Origin: Patescibacteria group bacterium | Lineage (GTDB): Bacteria > Patescibacteriota > Patescibacteriia > Patescibacteriales > UBA12465 | Direction: 5' to 3' | Length of the DNA stretch: 64,000 nt | Assembly (NCBI GenBank): GCA_041651195.1 | Contig: JBAZJR010000002.1 | Location: forward strand, 117,857-181,856 | Shown: positions 46,486 to 53,981 of the stretch, one piece after another | Numbering within the stretch: the stretch's first letter is position 1 | Layout of the letters: every line of letters starts with the position of its first letter | Translations under genes and position numbers: made by a program | Notes under the pieces: generated by a model | The model's input: only the letters and a program-made list of their open reading frames with translations | The model's database searches: none | Told to the model about the DNA's origin: nothing

Positions 46486-47469
46486 TTACCTTAATCCGAC
46501 CCGTTGGCGCAGTTTATAGGCATTGCCGTGCTCGAGCAAAGCGGAATAGGCGGCGCGAGTGGCTAGAGGAGGATCAGTTTCAATTCTCTTCAGCATCCGC
46601 CTCTTGGTGGTCGGCCGCAGGACTCGGTGATCGCCGAATTGCACCCAGCCCAGGAAATCGACGCCGCTCGCCAATGTTTTTAGATATACTTTCTTGGGAT
46701 GAAGGGATAACTTCAAGCGCCGCACCAGAAATTCCTCCAGCTTAGACTGTAGATCCAGAAGATAGCTGCGGTCGGGGCTCAGGAGCACAAAATCATCGGC
46801 ATAGCGGATATAATATTTCACTTTCAGGGAGCACTTCACGAACTGATCGAATTCGTCCATATAGACGTTGACCAAGAGTTGCGAAGTTAGGTTACCCAAG
46901 GGCAAACCGATGCCAGGACGGCCTAAAGTTTCAAAGCTGTCGATGACCTGGCCGAAAAGCCAGAGGAGTTCGGGGCCGGCGATATATTCGTTCAAAATAT
47001 CTTTTAGGATCTGATGGTCTATGCTGGCGAAGAATTTGCGGATATCGCCATTTAAAACCCAAACAGTGCGGTGACCGTTCCGCGAAACCTTATCGGCGAA
47101 CTCGGCGAAGCGACGGACGGCGCGGTGCGCCCCCTTATCTAAACGACAGGAATAGGAGTCGTGGATGAATTGCCGGTCGAAATAACGATAGGTTTCTTGA
47201 TACAAGAGATGATGGAGCAGGCGATCGCGGACCGCGGCCTTATGGATGCTACGCGGCTTGGGGTCGGAAATGTTGAAAGCCTGGTAAGGGCCGTGCTGAT
47301 AGGTTTTACTCTTTAGCTCCCGGTCGAGCCGGAACAGATTATCCGACAGTTTGGTTTGAAAGACAGCTACGTCCGTCCGCTGTCTTTTTCCAGATAAAAA
47401 ATCTTCCCAGGCCAAGAGCAGGTTGCCGGACGTGATTATCTCCTCGTATTTTTTACTAAATTTTTTCAT
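46486..47469 (-). CDS. DGR-type reverse transcriptase
   Basis: 327 aa. RT motifs include 'SIHKAAVRDRLLHHLL', 'LPLGNLTSQLLVNVYM' (the SQ signature I associate with DGR RTs) and catalytic 'IRYADDFVLL'. Confidence 0.9.
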   Translation of the reverse strand: MKKFSKKYEEIITSGNLLLAWEDFLSGKRQRTDVAVFQTKLSDNLFRLDRELKSKTYQHGPYQAFNISDPKPRSIHKAAVRDRLLHHLLYQETYRYFDRQFIHDSYSCRLDKGAHRAVRRFAEFADKVSRNGHRTVWVLNGDIRKFFASIDHQILKDILNEYIAGPELLWLFGQVIDSFETLGRPGIGLPLGNLTSQLLVNVYMDEFDQFVKCSLKVKYYIRYADDFVLLSPDRSYLLDLQSKLEEFLVRRLKLSLHPKKVYLKTLASGVDFLGWVQFGDHRVLRPTTKRRMLKRIETDPPLATRAAYSALLEHGNAYKLRQRVGLR

Positions 47470-47478
47470 TGTAAACTT

Positions 47479-47868
47479 ATGAGCGCCACTCTCCGCCCGC
47501 CCGTCGTCCTCATCAAGGCCAAGGAAGCTTACGCCCTCTGGTTTAAAATCCTCTCGGATTTCCCCAAAGTATACCGCTACAACCTGGGCGGAAAAATCGA
47601 AAATCTCTTTCTGTCATTTTTGGAAAATACCGTGGCCGCCATTTACGCCGCGGGCGAAAAGAAGGCGGCGCAGCTATCACTGGCCGTAATCAGGCTGGAC
47701 AGCCTGAAATTCTTTCTGCAGCTCGCCTGGGAAAACAAATGTCTCTCCAATGACAAATATCTGGAACTGGCTGCTCACCTGGAAGAAATAGGACGGATGA
47801 TCGGGGGCTGGATACGGGGCCTAAAGATGAAAACTCCCCCAAATAATGGAGGAGAAATAATGAAGTAG
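47479..47868 (+). CDS. avd: Avd-like accessory variability determinant (four-helix-bundle / 23S rRNA-IVS protein family)
   Basis: 129 aa, helical throughout. 'FPKVYRYNLGGKIE', 'LDSLKFFLQLAWENKCLS' and 'IGRMIGGWIRGL' fit the family pattern. It lies on the opposite strand to the RT, TR and target. Confidence 0.8.
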   Translation: MSATLRPPVVLIKAKEAYALWFKILSDFPKVYRYNLGGKIENLFLSFLENTVAAIYAAGEKKAAQLSLAVIRLDSLKFFLQLAWENKCLSNDKYLELAAHLEEIGRMIGGWIRGLKMKTPPNNGGEIMK

Positions 47869-47973
47869 CGGAACGAACAAGCGATGACGATTCTCGCCAT
47901 TCCAGACGTTGTCGTTCAGGAAGCCGTTCACGTTGGCCTTCAAGCCGTCCGAATTCACGTTCACGTTGGCCAC
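47868..47973 (-). repeat. DGR template repeat (TR)
   Basis: 106 bp matching 48313..48418 except at 11 positions, all T on the + strand (A on the - strand). The minus-strand reading is AAC/AAT-rich. Confidence 0.9.
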
Positions 47974-48199
47974 GAAATGTATAAGCTTCCTTCCCTTACA
48001 CCGCCGGCCTGAAAGAAGGCGCGGCTGAATCTTACTCGGAGCCTAGAAGCTCACCAGCAGCTTATACCAACTTGATTATTTTTTTATTGCTAACGCCGCC
48101 GCCCTCGCGCCAACCTTGACCGGCGCGACTCCGGACGACATTCTCAAACGGCCTTGGCCCGCCAGCCGTAACCGACGGACAATACAAAACCATATTTTA

Positions 48200-48228
48200 A
48201 TTATATAGAAAAATCCCTCGGAATCCAA
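48200..48228 (-). promoter_or_regulatory. candidate promoter for the TR transcript
   Basis: Minus strand reads TTGGAT (48228..48223), a 17-nt spacer, then TATAAT (48205..48200). It overlaps the 3' arm of the terminator hairpin. Confidence 0.4.
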
Positions 48229-48270
48229 GAGCACTTTTGCTGAAAACAAAGTGCAAATGATCCGAGGGAT
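48208..48270 (-). terminator. nested hairpin / intrinsic terminator after the DGR target gene
   Basis: Outer stem atccctcgga / tccgagggat (48213..48222 / 48261..48270). Inner stem gcacttt / aaagtgc (48231..48237 / 48248..48254). TTTTT follows on the minus strand. It begins 22 nt after the target stop codon. Confidence 0.65.
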
Positions 48271-48292
48271 ACAAAGGGCAAACCCAAAATTA

Positions 48293-49006
48293 CTAAGCTG
48301 CCAAAAACAGTTGCGGAACGAACAAGCGATGACGATGCTCGCCATACCAGACGCCGTCGTTCAGGAAGCCGTGCACGCAGGCCACCAAGCCGTCCGAATT
48401 CACGTACACGCGGGCCACAAACAGGTTATCGTCGGTTGCCGGCAAATTTTCGTCCTTTTTGACCAGGAAAAAGTTCGCGTAACCTTCCAACCGGAGATTC
48501 TTCTGGTTGGAGCAGATGGATATCATCTGATCCTGAGTCAACCATAATCTTTCGAGGTCGACGCCGAACGAGGTGAACATCTGCTTGAAGGTGGCGCCTG
48601 AAGTTAGCTCATATGCCGAGCTCTTTGCCCGCTTGGTCGCTGTTCCCGGTCGATCCAAACCGTATTTTTTGAAATTCGTATCAATATAACCGCGAAAGGT
48701 CCCGCTGGCTTCGGAAATGATTCTCTTTCCATCCGCAGCTGGTATGGAAATAGCAGACAATCCCGGAATCAGCTGCAGGCAGCTGGTGTTTTGGACTAAT
48801 TGCGGTTTGGCAACGATGATCTTGTTGTCGCTTTCCCATCGCTGGTTATTAAACTTGTTATTTACGATGTCCTGTAGCGCGACCGCTACGGACTCGGGAT
48901 CAAGCGGACTCCCGTACTTTTGGTCCAATTGGCGAAAAATGTCCCGCACTTTACGATGAATAGTGCGGTATTGATCGCCGGTGACAGCAAATTTTTGCTT
49001 GGCCAT
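48293..49006 (-). CDS. DGR variable (target) protein
   Basis: 237-aa ORF whose last ~40 codons are the VR (...VARVYVNSDGLVACVHGFLNDGVWYGEHRHRLFVPQLFLAA*). AGGAGA Shine-Dalgarno upstream. No signal peptide or TM helix evident. Confidence 0.85.
   Translation of the reverse strand: MAKQKFAVTGDQYRTIHRKVRDIFRQLDQKYGSPLDPESVAVALQDIVNNKFNNQRWESDNKIIVAKPQLVQNTSCLQLIPGLSAISIPAADGKRIISEASGTFRGYIDTNFKKYGLDRPGTATKRAKSSAYELTSGATFKQMFTSFGVDLERLWLTQDQMISICSNQKNLRLEGYANFFLVKKDENLPATDDNLFVARVYVNSDGLVACVHGFLNDGVWYGEHRHRLFVPQLFLAA
48313..48418 (-). repeat. DGR variable repeat (VR)
   Basis: Counterpart of TR, at the 3' end of the target ORF. It ends 20 nt before the stop codon. Confidence 0.9.
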
Positions 49007-49115
49007 GACAATCTCCTATGGATTGATAAATTTAATAGAACTTTCACCTATTATTACTTTGACCCGGTGAATTTTGGGCAAACGCTCAATTTATTCTGAG
49101 CAATTGTATAAAGCT

Positions 49116-49144
49116 ATATTAACATAAATTATATTTTATGTCAA
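49116..49144 (-). promoter_or_regulatory. near-consensus promoter of the DGR target gene
   Basis: Minus strand reads TTGACA (49144..49139), a 17-nt spacer, then TAATAT (49121..49116). Confidence 0.6.
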
Positions 49145-49162
49145 CTAACAACAATTATAATT

Positions 49163-49198
49163 AAAAAAATCCTCACTTGAACTTGAAGAGGATTTTTT
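49163..49198. terminator. bidirectional intrinsic terminator after rplU
   Basis: Stem aaaaaatcctc / gaggatttttt with a 13-nt loop. Confidence 0.7.
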
Positions 49199-49213
49199 AA
49201 ATATTTAGCAGTT

Positions 49214-49522
49214 TTAAGCAATCTTGGTCACCTTCAAAGCCGTAAACTGTTGGCGATGACCAACGGTTTTCTTATAACGGGTCTTATTCTTATATTTGAC
49301 AACTGTCACTTTCGGGCCCTTGGCCGTCGTTATGACTTCCGCCTCAACCTTCTCTCCCAAAGACGGCCGGCCTAATTCTAATTTCGCGCCATCCGCCACC
49401 AAGAGTGTTTCTAATTTAACTTTTTGGCCATTTTCCACGGCCAGCTTCTCCACTTTTACCGTATCACCTTCCTTGACCTTATATTGTTTCCCACCGGTTT
49501 TAACAACAGCGATTTTTGACAT
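49214..49522 (-). CDS. rplU: 50S ribosomal protein L21
   Basis: 102 aa: 'AVVKTGGKQYKVKEGD...', 'KVTVVKYKNKTRYKKTVGHRQ'. Confidence 0.93.
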   Translation of the reverse strand: MSKIAVVKTGGKQYKVKEGDTVKVEKLAVENGQKVKLETLLVADGAKLELGRPSLGEKVEAEVITTAKGPKVTVVKYKNKTRYKKTVGHRQQFTALKVTKIA

Positions 49523-49650
49523 ATTGAGTAATTCTTATATAAAAAATCAGAGCTAAGTCTGAACGGGATTAATAATAGCAAATATTTGAAAAATGTCAAT
49601 AAATAAGTTATAGTGATGTCAGTTAACGACATTATCTACTATTTACTAAT

Positions 49651-50910
49651 ATGACAAAATTCATCATTACTGGCGGCCAAGAATTAAAAGGAGAAATAAT
49701 CACCGGCGGCGCTAAAAATAACGCCCAGATCATGATTCCGGTATCTCTATTATCCGCGGCGACCATCACTTTAAGCAATGTCCCCCGGATAGATGGGGTA
49801 GAAAAATCACTGGAATTGCTCAGCGACTTAGGGGCGGAAATCCAAGACCGCGGCGATAAAATACAGATCAATACCGCTAAGGTCACCAAGGCGGAACTAG
49901 ATAAAAAAATCGCTGATAAATTCCGGACCTCCATAATGTTCGTCGGGCCACTTTTAGCGCGTTTCGGGCGCGTCCGCTTCCCGCATCCGGGCGGCTGCGT
50001 CATCGGCGCGGCCGGGCGGCCGATCGACCTCTTCTTAGAGGGCTTCACGGCTTTAGGGGCGACGATCGAAATCAAAGATAACTATTACGAGATCAGCGCC
50101 AAAAAATTAACAGGCACTAATTTCTTCTTTACGACCGCGACCGTCACCGGCACGCAGAGCCTGATTATGACCGCTTGTCTCGCGAGCGGACGGACGATTT
50201 TAAAAAATTGCGCCATGGAGCCAGAAGTCGAAGCTCTGGCCGATTACCTAAATAGACAAGGCGCGAAAATCACCGGCGCTGGCACGCCGACGATCACGAT
50301 CGACGGCGTCAAAGAACTAGGAGCCGGCGACTGCGAAATAATCCCCGACCGGATCGAGGCCGGATCATTCGCCATCATGGCCGCCGCCACCGATTCCGCG
50401 ATCAAGATCAGCCATTGCAATCCCGAACATCTGCTAAATCTGCTCGCGATCTTCGACAAGATCGGCGTCAAATACGACCGCGGCGCTGATTGGATAAGCA
50501 TAAAGAAATCCCGCCCGCTCAAAGCTTATGATTTGAAAACGCATGAATATCCCGGCTTCTCTACTGACCTGCAGTCGCCCTATGTCGTCCTGATGACGCA
50601 GGCGCAAGGGACAGCCCTAATCCAGGAGACGATTTATGACCGCCGCTTGATCTGGGCCGATATGCTCTCCCAGATGGGCGCGAACATCATCATGTGCGAT
50701 CCGCACCGGGTCGCGGTCAGCGGTCCGACCAAGCTTTACGGCAAAAAATTGATCAGCCCGGATATCCGCGCTGGCATCGCTCTCGTCATCGCGGCGCTCA
50801 TTGCCGAAGGGCGCACAGAAATAGATAATATCTACCAGATCGACCGCGGCTATGAAAAATTAGACGCCCGCCTAAGAGCTCTCGGCGCCATCATCGAACG
50901 ATCCGAATAA
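49651..50910 (+). CDS. murA: UDP-N-acetylglucosamine 1-carboxyvinyltransferase
   Basis: 419 aa with 'GGAKNNA', 'HPGGCVIGAAGRPIDL' (catalytic Cys context) and 'IYQIDRGYEKLD'. Confidence 0.93.
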   Translation: MTKFIITGGQELKGEIITGGAKNNAQIMIPVSLLSAATITLSNVPRIDGVEKSLELLSDLGAEIQDRGDKIQINTAKVTKAELDKKIADKFRTSIMFVGPLLARFGRVRFPHPGGCVIGAAGRPIDLFLEGFTALGATIEIKDNYYEISAKKLTGTNFFFTTATVTGTQSLIMTACLASGRTILKNCAMEPEVEALADYLNRQGAKITGAGTPTITIDGVKELGAGDCEIIPDRIEAGSFAIMAAATDSAIKISHCNPEHLLNLLAIFDKIGVKYDRGADWISIKKSRPLKAYDLKTHEYPGFSTDLQSPYVVLMTQAQGTALIQETIYDRRLIWADMLSQMGANIIMCDPHRVAVSGPTKLYGKKLISPDIRAGIALVIAALIAEGRTEIDNIYQIDRGYEKLDARLRALGAIIERSE

Positions 50911-50912
50911 AT

Positions 50913-52241
50913 ATGCCTAAAAAGATCCGGGACTACCTATTTGGAATTTTTATCATCCTCTTCATCGTCGGGACGGCGCTGATTTCTCTTTACGCTTCCG
51001 GCTATAAATTCAACCTATCTTGGCCGGCGCGCTTCAATCGGATACTGATTAAAACCGGTATGATCGCTGTCGACAGCGCGCCGCGCGGCGCGACGATCTA
51101 TCTAAACGGCCAGGTAGTGAAAAATTTTTCACTTAATCCATGGAGCAAGGAATACATAACGACCGCGGCTAAAATCAAGAATGTCCTGCCGGGCGAATAT
51201 GAGCTGCGCCTGGAAAGAGAGGGTTATCTGCCGCTCAGCAAAAAGATCAGCGTCTATTCCGGGCAAACGACTTTCGCCGAAGAAATCAATCTTTTCCGAC
51301 AAGATCTGCCATATTTCATCGCCAGCACGGCCGCGGGCGAATTAAGCTTAAGCCCGGATCGCAAATACCTTTACGCGGATACGGATAATCAAATCATCTC
51401 CCTTAAAAACGAGGAAGCCAGAATCTTGCCGCTAGCGGCAACGGACGGTCTCTGGCTGAAAGACCAGGATCGGATTTTCCTCGCCGGGCGGCTATTCGGG
51501 CCGAAAGCCGCGGATGACCGGGATTACGGCCAATTGATCGGCCCAGGAGCGTCCGACTGGCATTATGACGAAAACCAAAATCGCATCTACTACCGTAACG
51601 CCAGCTCTCTCGCTTACTTGGACATCAACGATAAAACCAGCCGCCTAGTCCTAAGCGATATAGAATTATTAACTTATGAGCCGCGCGGCGAAAGCTTATT
51701 CTTGGTGACAGCCGCTGGCGGCCAGACGCTTTTACAGAAATACTCTTTGAAAAATCAAAAAATTATGGAGCAGATCGCTCTGCCTAATGTCGGCCATTAC
51801 CGCTTTATGGCCAATGACCGCCCGACTGTCAGCCTCTATGACGACCGGAATAAGACCTTATACTTGATCGATCCAGATAACCTCGCTAGCGCCGGACGCA
51901 CTATTGATAATATCGTCAGCTGGCAATGGCTTAATGATGATACTCTAATCTATAATAATAACTGGGAAATATACCGATTTGACTTACCGCGGAACAGCTC
52001 TTCTCTCCTGACCCGGGTCGGCGAAGAGATCCGAGAAATCATCTGGAACGGACGGAATAATTATTTGATCTTCTCAACGGCCGACAGCCTGAACGCCTAC
52101 GACTTAGGCATCGGCTTGGCTAGCCGGATCTTCCAGGGAGAAAAGATCGCCGCACCAATCTTAGACGAAAAAAACGATACCTTATACTTCTGGGCCCAAG
52201 TCGGGCAGCAGGCTGGGATTTATAGTTTGCGGCTACAATAG
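50913..52241 (+). CDS. membrane-anchored PEGA-domain protein with a beta-propeller-like C-terminal region
   Basis: 442 aa. N-terminal TM helix; PEGA-like 'VDSAPRGATIYLNGQ...LPGEYELRLEREGYLP'. Confidence 0.65.
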   Translation: MPKKIRDYLFGIFIILFIVGTALISLYASGYKFNLSWPARFNRILIKTGMIAVDSAPRGATIYLNGQVVKNFSLNPWSKEYITTAAKIKNVLPGEYELRLEREGYLPLSKKISVYSGQTTFAEEINLFRQDLPYFIASTAAGELSLSPDRKYLYADTDNQIISLKNEEARILPLAATDGLWLKDQDRIFLAGRLFGPKAADDRDYGQLIGPGASDWHYDENQNRIYYRNASSLAYLDINDKTSRLVLSDIELLTYEPRGESLFLVTAAGGQTLLQKYSLKNQKIMEQIALPNVGHYRFMANDRPTVSLYDDRNKTLYLIDPDNLASAGRTIDNIVSWQWLNDDTLIYNNNWEIYRFDLPRNSSSLLTRVGEEIREIIWNGRNNYLIFSTADSLNAYDLGIGLASRIFQGEKIAAPILDEKNDTLYFWAQVGQQAGIYSLRLQ

Positions 52242-52254
52242 ATTCGCCGACATT

Positions 52255-52288
52255 AAAAAACCGCGCCTTAATGATCGCGGTTTTTTTT
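52255..52288. terminator. bidirectional intrinsic terminator
   Basis: Stem aaaaaaccgcg / cgcggtttttt with a 10-nt loop, between convergent genes. Confidence 0.75.
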
Positions 52289-52296
52289 AATCTCAA

Positions 52297-53169
52297 TTAT
52301 TTCTTCCGGCTCAAGCTATCAATCAGCACCTGCAGATCCCGGCCGATCTCCTCGTCTTTTAAGCCGACCTTCAAGGTCGCCTTGATAAAATTCAATTTAT
52401 TCCCGGTGTCGAGCCACTCGCCGCTCAGCTTCCGTCCATAGATAGGCTGGCCGCTATCTAGGACCTTTTCAAAGGCATCGGCCAATCTGATTTCACCGGA
52501 TTTTCCAGAATCCATCTGTCCTAAAGCGGCAAAGACGTCGGGAGTGATCACATAGATCCCGACCGCCACCAGATTAGAGGGTGCCTGATCGACAGGCGGC
52601 TTTTCAATGATCCGTTTGATTTCATAGACGCCATCGCCTAAATCAACGCCGTCAATGACTCCGAATTTGCTGACTTCCGCGGGATCGACTTCGGCTAAGC
52701 CGATAATCGGGCGCCCATACTGCTCAAAGGTGGCAATGACTTGCCGGGAGATGTCAGAATCATACAGGGTGTCGCCGAAAACTACTAAGACCGGTTCGTC
52801 GTCATCGACGAGGTGGCTGGCGCAATTGACCGCATGGCCGTCGCCCAGAGGAATCGGCTGCCGGACATAAGAAAAGCTGGCTAATTCTTCGACTTCTTTG
52901 ACTTTCTTGACTAAATCGAGCTTGTTCTTCTCGACCAGCGTCTTTTCCAATTCAAAAGAATAGTCGAAATGGTCTTCGATCGCGCGTTTGCCGCGGCCCG
53001 TCACGAAGATTACTTCCCTGATTCCGGCCCTGGCCACTTCTTCGACCAGATACTGGATGACCGGCTTATCGACGATCATCAGCATCTCCTTGGGCTGCGC
53101 CTTAGTCGCGGGCAAGAAACGCGTCCCGAAACCGGCTACCGGAAAAATCGCTTTTTTAATCTGCTGCAT
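52297..53169 (-). CDS. galU: UTP--glucose-1-phosphate uridylyltransferase
   Basis: 290 aa with 'KAIFPVAGFGTRFLPATKAQPKEML' and 'VRQPIPLGDGHA'. Confidence 0.92.
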   Translation of the reverse strand: MQQIKKAIFPVAGFGTRFLPATKAQPKEMLMIVDKPVIQYLVEEVARAGIREVIFVTGRGKRAIEDHFDYSFELEKTLVEKNKLDLVKKVKEVEELASFSYVRQPIPLGDGHAVNCASHLVDDDEPVLVVFGDTLYDSDISRQVIATFEQYGRPIIGLAEVDPAEVSKFGVIDGVDLGDGVYEIKRIIEKPPVDQAPSNLVAVGIYVITPDVFAALGQMDSGKSGEIRLADAFEKVLDSGQPIYGRKLSGEWLDTGNKLNFIKATLKVGLKDEEIGRDLQVLIDSLSRKK

Positions 53170-53980
53170 ATTTTTGTTTATTCTTAAAACCCCATTTAAT
53201 AAAATACTTCAGCCAGGAGCCGATGTGCACCCAGGTCAGGCGATCGACGAATAAGGCGATATACCAGGGATGCTTGGCGCTCAGGCGCCCGTGGTCATGG
53301 ACGACGACGGCTTCGGGATTATAAACCACTTGCCGACCGTTTGTCCAGATTTGCCGGGCCAGATCCGTATCTTCAAAATACATGAAATAACGCTCGTCAA
53401 AACGCGGCGCGAAAATACGGCCGCCCGATAGCGCGATTTCCCTCTTAAACATTAGGCAAGAGCCCATCAGCCAATCAACAGGCCGGATAGAAAGATGATC
53501 ATAATCGTCCATCGTAAACTTATCGCGGATACTCTTGAAATAATCGCCCAGGAAAGTCCGGCGCAAGATCGGGATAAAAAAACTCGGGAAGCGGGCGCAA
53601 GAAGCCTGTAGCGCGCCGTCCGGATAGAAAATCTTCGGACCGACCAGGCCGACGCCCGGATTAGCTCTCAAGTATGCGGCCATAGTCGCGATCGTCCGTT
53701 CCTGGACCACCGTATCCGGATTAAGGATCAAGATTAATTCCCCGGTCGCATAGCGCAGCCCCAAATTATTGCCAGCGCCCATGCCTAAATTTTTCGGGCT
53801 GATGATTATCTTGGCGGCCGGATAATCCCGGCTAAGGTCGGCCAGATCGTCCCCGGAATGATTATCGACGATGATGAGTTCATAGGTCAAAACGCCTAAA
53901 TCTGATCGCCGGATTGAGGCGAGGCAATTGAGCAGCTTATCTTTGCTCTTGTAATTGACGATGATGACCGATAGATCCAT
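53156..53980 (-). CDS. family 2 glycosyltransferase
   Basis: 274 aa with 'MDLSVIIVNYKS', 'VDNHSGD' and 'LNPDTV'. Confidence 0.85.
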   Translation of the reverse strand: MDLSVIIVNYKSKDKLLNCLASIRRSDLGVLTYELIIVDNHSGDDLADLSRDYPAAKIIISPKNLGMGAGNNLGLRYATGELILILNPDTVVQERTIATMAAYLRANPGVGLVGPKIFYPDGALQASCARFPSFFIPILRRTFLGDYFKSIRDKFTMDDYDHLSIRPVDWLMGSCLMFKREIALSGGRIFAPRFDERYFMYFEDTDLARQIWTNGRQVVYNPEAVVVHDHGRLSAKHPWYIALFVDRLTWVHIGSWLKYFIKWGFKNKQKYAAD

Positions 53981-53981
53981 A

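Larger units (their letters stand above)
46486..49006 (-). mobile_element. diversity-generating retroelement (RT, Avd, TR, VR-bearing target gene)
   Basis: All four canonical parts sit within 2.5 kb; see the component features below. The TR/VR mismatches are restricted to TR adenines. Confidence 0.9.

Noticed and set aside
48076-48547. Track ORFs 48076..48345 (-) and 48251..48547 (+) within the DGR
   Set aside because: One spans the non-coding VR-TR spacer and the terminator. The other is antisense to the VR end of the target gene. Neither has expression signals.
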